NCBI GenBank assembly: GCA_019057635.1 | Contig: DXJL01000113.1 | Span: forward strand, 51,713 to 115,712 | DNA: 64,000 nucleotides | Source: Candidatus Heimdallarchaeota archaeon | GTDB lineage: Archaea; Asgardarchaeota; Heimdallarchaeia; Hodarchaeales; Hodarchaeaceae | Direction of reading: 5' to 3' | Shown: piece after piece, positions 59,088 through 64,000 of the stretch | Layout of the letters: each line of letters begins with the position of its first letter | Position numbering within the stretch: the stretch's first letter is position 1 | The notes under the pieces: model-generated | Seen by the model: only the letters and a program-made list of their open reading frames with translations | The model's database searches: none | What the model was told of the DNA's origin: nothing | Position numbers and translations under genes: made by a program

Positions 59088-61283
59088 TTAAGAATCAAAC
59101 ACTTCTAAAATATAAGAATAAATTTCCTTTTCAGTGCCTTTCGAAATTTTTTGTAACCGTTGTACAATTAATTCTGGAGTCGATCTTGCATATGTGTAGT
59201 ATTTGGGTGTTCTATCAACAATTAGTTCCAAGTTCTCTGAAAGGCCCTTTGCCTCAATTCCATCAATTCGTAACCCTTCTTTACAATATTTACTGATTTC
59301 TTGAGCTAAATGAGTAACAAAAATACCAACAGAATCGGGAGATCGTCCTAACAAATCTAAAAATGCTGCAATAACCCGTGCAGATGCTCCAGGTTCAGAA
59401 ATACTTTCCATTTCATCAGCTAAGACTAGTCTAGAGTTTGGGCTCATGATCATTTGTGAAAGAGTTCGAAGGGTTGATTCAAAAGCGCCTGCATTTATAT
59501 GTCCAGTTGATTTTCGGTAGTAATGTAATTCTTTGAATCCTCCAATTTTTGCCTCGTAACATGGAACTGGAAGACCCATTTGGCTAAGTATGATAATGAT
59601 TGCAAGGGCTACTAGTAAAGTTGTCTTTCCACCACTGTTTGCTCCTGATAATAGGACAATACGTTCTCCATTAACTCCATTGGCAATTTTTCCAAGTTCT
59701 CCCAAGGCATAGGAGACTGATTCCACTTTCAACTGTCCTTTCAGTTCTTGTTGCGCTAAGAATAGATTTCTACCTTCTTTAACGTATAAACCTGTTCCTT
59801 TCCCTTCAAGAAATTCTGGTAAAGCTAAATTATAGGAACCAGCAAATTTACCAATCATTAAGAGATAATCTAATTCCAGCATACAATGGAGTCCTTCCAT
59901 TGCTACTTCTTCATACCTCTGCAGTTTCTGAGCTAAATCAACTTTTAACTCAAATGCTTTACTTGAGCACTTTTTACGTAAATATTCTGTGAATCGATTT
60001 TTAATCTCATCTTGAGGGTCGATAGGGAATTTTAACTCACGAGGAAAAATACCATTCAAATAATCAGTTTCTTCGTCCAATAAGAAGAGTTTAGAGGATA
60101 GTTCATTCTCAGCCTTATTTATTATTTCTTCTACAGCCAAGTATAATTCATCATCCAAATATTCACGTAAATCCTCACGACTGGAGTTTGCTGAATATCC
60201 TTGCCCTTCAGCAGAGAATCCTTTTAGCAAAGCGAGTACTTTTTCACCTTCCAAATGAATAGTTGTATCTTGTAACATCTTTTCTAATTCATCATTCAAT
60301 GTCAAAAGCACTTCTTCTAAGACCATTTCAAATGATGTCTCTGCTTTTAAAAGGCGTGAAAATTCCTTGTTGAGGCTAGAACTTGGTTCACCTGTTTCTT
60401 CTAAATTTTTTAACTCCTCACCCATGTCAACCAGCATATTGAGATTCATTTCTCCAATATAATTAGCTAACTTATCTGAGGGGAGCTTTTGAAGGAGCGA
60501 TGCAAGTTTAGCAATTGTTACCAGAGTATTTTTGTTCTGGGCAAAAAAAGTCAATGTTTTTTCTGGAAGTATTCTATTAATTTCATGGCGTTGAGATTCA
60601 GAGACAGAAATTATGTTTGGGAGCTCATCATCTAATGTATAATCATTACCAATCCAAATTACTTCATCCGATCCAGCCAGAGTGTCATTAATCTTTTCAT
60701 AATCTTCTATGAATAATATTTCACAATAATTTCCTATTATATTTGAGAGAAGCTCTTTGTAGATGCTTTTATCAGTAGTAGCAACAGCACGCGATGCAGT
60801 ATCAATAGAATCGGAGTGTTCCTTTAATGGAGTTAAATGTCTTAACAGTGCATCATATTCAGTAAGCGAATTTGCGGATTTTTCAATTATTGTGTATAGT
60901 TCTAACCCAAGTCGAGTGATTAGTTGTCGATCAATGATTTTTGCTAATGCTGTAATGGGGAGGGGAAAATATAAGTAAAGTTTTGATCGAGAATAGAAGG
61001 TATTACCAAATTTTGAAATTAAATCTATTATACGATTATATATCAAAATAGTATCTTCAGTTTTTAGAAAATCCTGAATCTGTTCCCCAGTTTCCTGGTA
61101 ATGTAGATTTCGACAAAGGCTGAGGGCAAATCGTTCACCAATTCCATCAATAGAGGAGATCTCGGCAATTCGTGACCCTCTTAGCGCGTTAAGAACAAGA
61201 CTTTCGCTTCCAAAATACGAAACGAGTTTCTTTTCACTGGAAGGGCCAATTCCCCTAATATCACGAAGTTTTATCGCGTTCAA
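59088..61283 (-). CDS. Archaeal MutS-family ATPase with N-terminal helix-hairpin-helix motifs
   Basis: IRGIGP and IDGIGE HhH; LSGANSGGKT; AGAFE; LADE; VTHL. Confidence 0.88.
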   Translation of the reverse strand: MNAIKLRDIRGIGPSSEKKLVSYFGSESLVLNALRGSRIAEISSIDGIGERFALSLCRNLHYQETGEQIQDFLKTEDTILIYNRIIDLISKFGNTFYSRSKLYLYFPLPITALAKIIDRQLITRLGLELYTIIEKSANSLTEYDALLRHLTPLKEHSDSIDTASRAVATTDKSIYKELLSNIIGNYCEILFIEDYEKINDTLAGSDEVIWIGNDYTLDDELPNIISVSESQRHEINRILPEKTLTFFAQNKNTLVTIAKLASLLQKLPSDKLANYIGEMNLNMLVDMGEELKNLEETGEPSSSLNKEFSRLLKAETSFEMVLEEVLLTLNDELEKMLQDTTIHLEGEKVLALLKGFSAEGQGYSANSSREDLREYLDDELYLAVEEIINKAENELSSKLFLLDEETDYLNGIFPRELKFPIDPQDEIKNRFTEYLRKKCSSKAFELKVDLAQKLQRYEEVAMEGLHCMLELDYLLMIGKFAGSYNLALPEFLEGKGTGLYVKEGRNLFLAQQELKGQLKVESVSYALGELGKIANGVNGERIVLLSGANSGGKTTLLVALAIIIILSQMGLPVPCYEAKIGGFKELHYYRKSTGHINAGAFESTLRTLSQMIMSPNSRLVLADEMESISEPGASARVIAAFLDLLGRSPDSVGIFVTHLAQEISKYCKEGLRIDGIEAKGLSENLELIVDRTPKYYTYARSTPELIVQRLQKISKGTEKEIYSYILEVFDS

Positions 61284-61355
61284 AACTATTACCTCTCTTT
61301 TTGCGTCATAAAGGTTGAGGAAGTATCAAGTTTATATTTTTAGTACGGTTTTTTC

Positions 61356-62267
61356 TTAAATTTTTGTGATTTCCTGCGCATTTGCTAGTTCAATAAACTG
61401 GTTTACCTCATTAAAGGAACAATGATCTGAGTAGGGAAAATAATGGACGTCTAATCGCTTTGAAACTAATTCAACAGCCCAGCCTGTTGGTGAGATCCTC
61501 AAGGAATTAATCAAGCGGGCTTCTGTTCGCTGATCTAATCCAGTGAGATTTTCTACCCTCCTTCTACTCTCAACACAAATTCCAGAGTCTGGATTATCAG
61601 TAAAAATGTCCCAACCTCCACCTATTTCTTTATAAATCTGAACTTTTTTTTCAGGAGCGAAAATTTTCACCTTCAAGGCATCACTTATTGTTTTCAATAG
61701 TTTTTCCTTCCCTATTTGGTACGCAGCAATCCAGATCTCCTTGTGAGGATAATTACCATCCGCTAACATAAGGGATAATATTTCGGAGATTAAATCCTTA
61801 CGAGAGGGAAAATTATACCTTGGCATGTCACCATAGGTATAATCTACCCATAAATGATCCGCACCTTGTATAAGCTCTAATTCATCTAAAATTGGTTTAC
61901 CAAGGCGAAAATCACCAGTATAGACTTCTTTCCTATTTTCCGATGATTCGATCACAAACATCAAACTACCTAAACAATGGTTTGCATCTACCGCATGTAT
62001 CACGAAATCATCAAAATCTAGTGATTGGTTTGTATCTATAAGTAAGCATTTCTCTTTTGGAATTCGGTGAAGAACTTTAAGGACTGCTGCAGTTTCTTTC
62101 GAGCAAACTATCATCGCGTCTTGGGAAGAAAGCACAGATTTTATTCCTGTAGTGTGGTCACTGTGAGCGTGGGATAGAAAAAAATAATCTGATGATGTTG
62201 CTAGTTTCTTTCTTTGACGAAATGGAAATTCATCAAAATAACTATTGGCTAATTTAGAAAAAACCAT
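61356..62267 (-). CDS. SNM1/Pso2/Apollo-like beta-CASP DNA nuclease
   Basis: FLSHAHSDH, DANHCLGS.MF, YTGDFR, IGKE, PTGW, PYSDHCSF.E. Confidence 0.85.
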   Translation of the reverse strand: MVFSKLANSYFDEFPFRQRKKLATSSDYFFLSHAHSDHTTGIKSVLSSQDAMIVCSKETAAVLKVLHRIPKEKCLLIDTNQSLDFDDFVIHAVDANHCLGSLMFVIESSENRKEVYTGDFRLGKPILDELELIQGADHLWVDYTYGDMPRYNFPSRKDLISEILSLMLADGNYPHKEIWIAAYQIGKEKLLKTISDALKVKIFAPEKKVQIYKEIGGGWDIFTDNPDSGICVESRRRVENLTGLDQRTEARLINSLRISPTGWAVELVSKRLDVHYFPYSDHCSFNEVNQFIELANAQEITKI

Positions 62268-62461
62268 TGAACTACCCCGAGAAAACTGTAATCCTAAAAT
62301 CTTCTCTTCTTATTCAACAAATTACAAAATACAGAGGAATTAATTAATATTGGGATAAAGGTTTGGAGGTTTCTTTAATGAGGTACCTGTTAAATATTCT
62401 GGAAAATCATTAGGATTATGTTCAAACCGTAAAACGCATCAACAAATTCGTGGGAATAGAG

Positions 62462-62479
62462 CAAAAATAAATAGAAAAG
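62462..62479 (-). terminator. U-rich terminator candidate for the 5S precursor
   Basis: CUUUUCUAUUUAUUUUUG just 3' of the processing stem. Confidence 0.45.
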
Positions 62480-62519
62480 TGTTTGTATCTCAATGCGCTT
62501 TTTCGCTAGGGGATATTGT

Positions 62520-62639
62520 TTCCGGGTTCGGAATGAGACCGGGTGTGACTCAGGCCCTTTGGCCGAAGAACCTTCAGCTTTCCGATTTTCCCGTAGGCGC
62601 GAGCACAACAGTACAGATCAGAACGGAGCCTGACTTAAC
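62520..62639 (-). rRNA. rrf: Circularly permuted 5S rRNA gene (3' half 62639-62572, 3-nt linker, 5' half 62568-62520)
   Basis: Re-joined halves give a canonical archaeal 5S sequence with helices I-V; BHB-like flanks. Confidence 0.9.
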
Positions 62640-62721
62640 TTTCGGCAATATCTCACAAGTTATTTCAGCGCAAGATGTCTGTTTGTGAGATTACAAACCA
62701 GTTGGGGCAATTTCAAGAGGC

Positions 62722-62729
62722 TTTATATA
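62722..62729 (-). promoter_or_regulatory. TATA box upstream of the 5S precursor
   Basis: TATATAAA on the minus strand about 45 nt upstream of the outermost processing-stem arm. Confidence 0.55.
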
Positions 62730-62878
62730 TTTAGTGGAAACTCTTTACAATAACTAGTACTCGTTGGATACAAAAAGACCTTTTGTAAATGTGGTTTAAG
62801 TACTGGTAAAATTTACTAATTTAAATATAGAATAGGTACACTGGATCTTAAAATCTTATAATCGATGGGTATTATCAA

Positions 62879-63721
62879 ATGCAATTGGATAATTGGAACC
62901 TTGAATACTTAAAAATTGTTTCAGAGTTAGGACTGAACATTGAGGAAGATATTCACTCTGCAAAGGAATTAGAATCGATTTTATTGACGAATCGCCCATT
63001 CAGATCACAAAATTTCTTAGACAGATTAAATCAGTTATTAAAACAACCAAATTTAATTGTTGGATCAGGTCCCTCTCTCGAAACAGATTTAAACAGTTTT
63101 AAGCAACATTTTAATTTAGTAAATTTAGTAACTATTGCTGTCGACGGAAGTTGTTCTTTATTCCGCCAATTACAGATAATTCCAAACATTCTAGTAACGG
63201 ATTTAGATGGTGAATGGTCAGCAATTCGTTGGGCAATTTCACACGGAGCTATTACTCTTATACATGCACATGGAGACAACGAATATCTCATTAAACGATT
63301 CTTTGAAGATAATGAAAATTTATCAGAAAAAACTAATGTTTGGGGAACTACCCAAAATATGTTAACCACCAAGTTATTTAATTTCGGTGGATTCACAGAT
63401 GGAGATAGAGCAATTTTTCTATCCTTTCACTTTCAATCACCTCTCATTGGATTGATGGGGTTTGATTTTGGGGAAATCATTGGCAAATATAGTACATTGA
63501 ATCCCACGATAACGAAGGATCCTATTAAAAAACGAAAGAAGTTCAAGATAGCTCTATCACTTCTTGCTGCGTATTATCATGATCACAAAGGGGTTCGGTT
63601 CAATTTAACTTCTTCGGGTGAGGAAATACCTGGATTCCCAAGATTATCTCTCCAGGAATTTAAAACCGAGTTAATTGAATGGAATAAGACGCAAAGTAAA
63701 GAGGAGTCTCCCAAACATTAA
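62879..63721 (+). CDS. mptE: 6-hydroxymethyl-7,8-dihydropterin pyrophosphokinase (DUF115)
   Basis: GSGPSL, VTDLDG, HAHGDN, NFGGFTDGDRA, GFDF. Confidence 0.92.
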   Translation: MQLDNWNLEYLKIVSELGLNIEEDIHSAKELESILLTNRPFRSQNFLDRLNQLLKQPNLIVGSGPSLETDLNSFKQHFNLVNLVTIAVDGSCSLFRQLQIIPNILVTDLDGEWSAIRWAISHGAITLIHAHGDNEYLIKRFFEDNENLSEKTNVWGTTQNMLTTKLFNFGGFTDGDRAIFLSFHFQSPLIGLMGFDFGEIIGKYSTLNPTITKDPIKKRKKFKIALSLLAAYYHDHKGVRFNLTSSGEEIPGFPRLSLQEFKTELIEWNKTQSKEESPKH

Positions 63722-64000
63722 CTTTAACCTCCTCAATATTACATTCATTATTTAATGACTGAAGAAATTCTTTCATACTAATGGCAACAGTCTTAGCTAA
63801 AAATTCAGCTGTTACATTTTTGCATTTGAGTAACTTTACTTCGTCTTGTGGAAGGGAATAAAAACGGCTCCCGAACTGAATCTCATAGTTGTTTCCGTTT
63901 TCTTTAATTTTAAGGTCTTTATTCATGCTAGGAAGTAGTGTATAATGATCCCATGTAGAAATAATATTACTAAGAGATTCATCTAATGAAAGAAAATTAA
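63660..64000 (-). CDS. QueD/PTPS-family pterin synthase, partial (runs off the window)
   Basis: Frame open to the edge with WDH; TAEFLA; VWET. Confidence 0.8.
   Translation of the reverse strand, partial: NFLSLDESLSNIISTWDHYTLLPSMNKDLKIKENGNNYEIQFGSRFYSLPQDEVKLLKCKNVTAEFLAKTVAISMKEFLQSLNNECNIEEVKVNVWETPLYFASYSIQLTRF

Noticed and set aside
62520-62639. Reading the locus as two broken 5S pseudogene fragments or a tandem-duplication remnant
   Set aside because: The halves are non-redundant, sum to one complete 5S, keep all helices, and are flanked by a stem that places cuts exactly at the junction.
62390-62688. ORFs 62390-62608 (-) and 62479-62688 (+)
   Set aside because: They overlap the permuted 5S rRNA and have no protein motifs, so they are spurious.
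1-64000. CRISPR arrays, transposases, integrases or proviral genes
   Set aside because: No repeat-spacer arrays or mobile-element protein motifs were seen.

Overview
A gene-dense, AT-rich archaeal chromosomal segment. Gene content points to an Asgard archaeon, probably Heimdallarchaeia/Hodarchaeales-like; this is inferred from Rpo8, longin, RING and AN1 proteins alongside core archaeal genes. It carries information-processing genes (rpo7-spt4-eS24-eS31-KEOPS, fibrillarin/Nop5, TBP/TFB, L3-L4-L23-L2, S13-S4-S11, Cbf5, eL14, eL41), five tRNAs (three with 37/38 introns), a hsp20-cdc48-PAC2-ArsR-tmcA cluster, DNA repair genes and several eukaryote-like proteins. The standout is a circularly permuted 5S rRNA gene at about 62520-62639 on the minus strand. 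Its 3' half precedes its 5' half, joined by a 3-nt linker. The flanks form a bulge-helix-bulge-like stem whose standard cleavage and ligation would rebuild the canonical CCGAACCCGGAA|GUUAAG sequence as a 120-nt circle. Other leads are a ~360-nt structured element closed by inverted repeats, a membrane protein with a polyproline/WH2-like tail, a longin-Bet3/V4R-like fusion, a membrane-anchored solenoid-RING protein, an SNM1-like nuclease next to mutS, and a probable ATT start codon. All calls come from motif recognition by eye; no searches were run.
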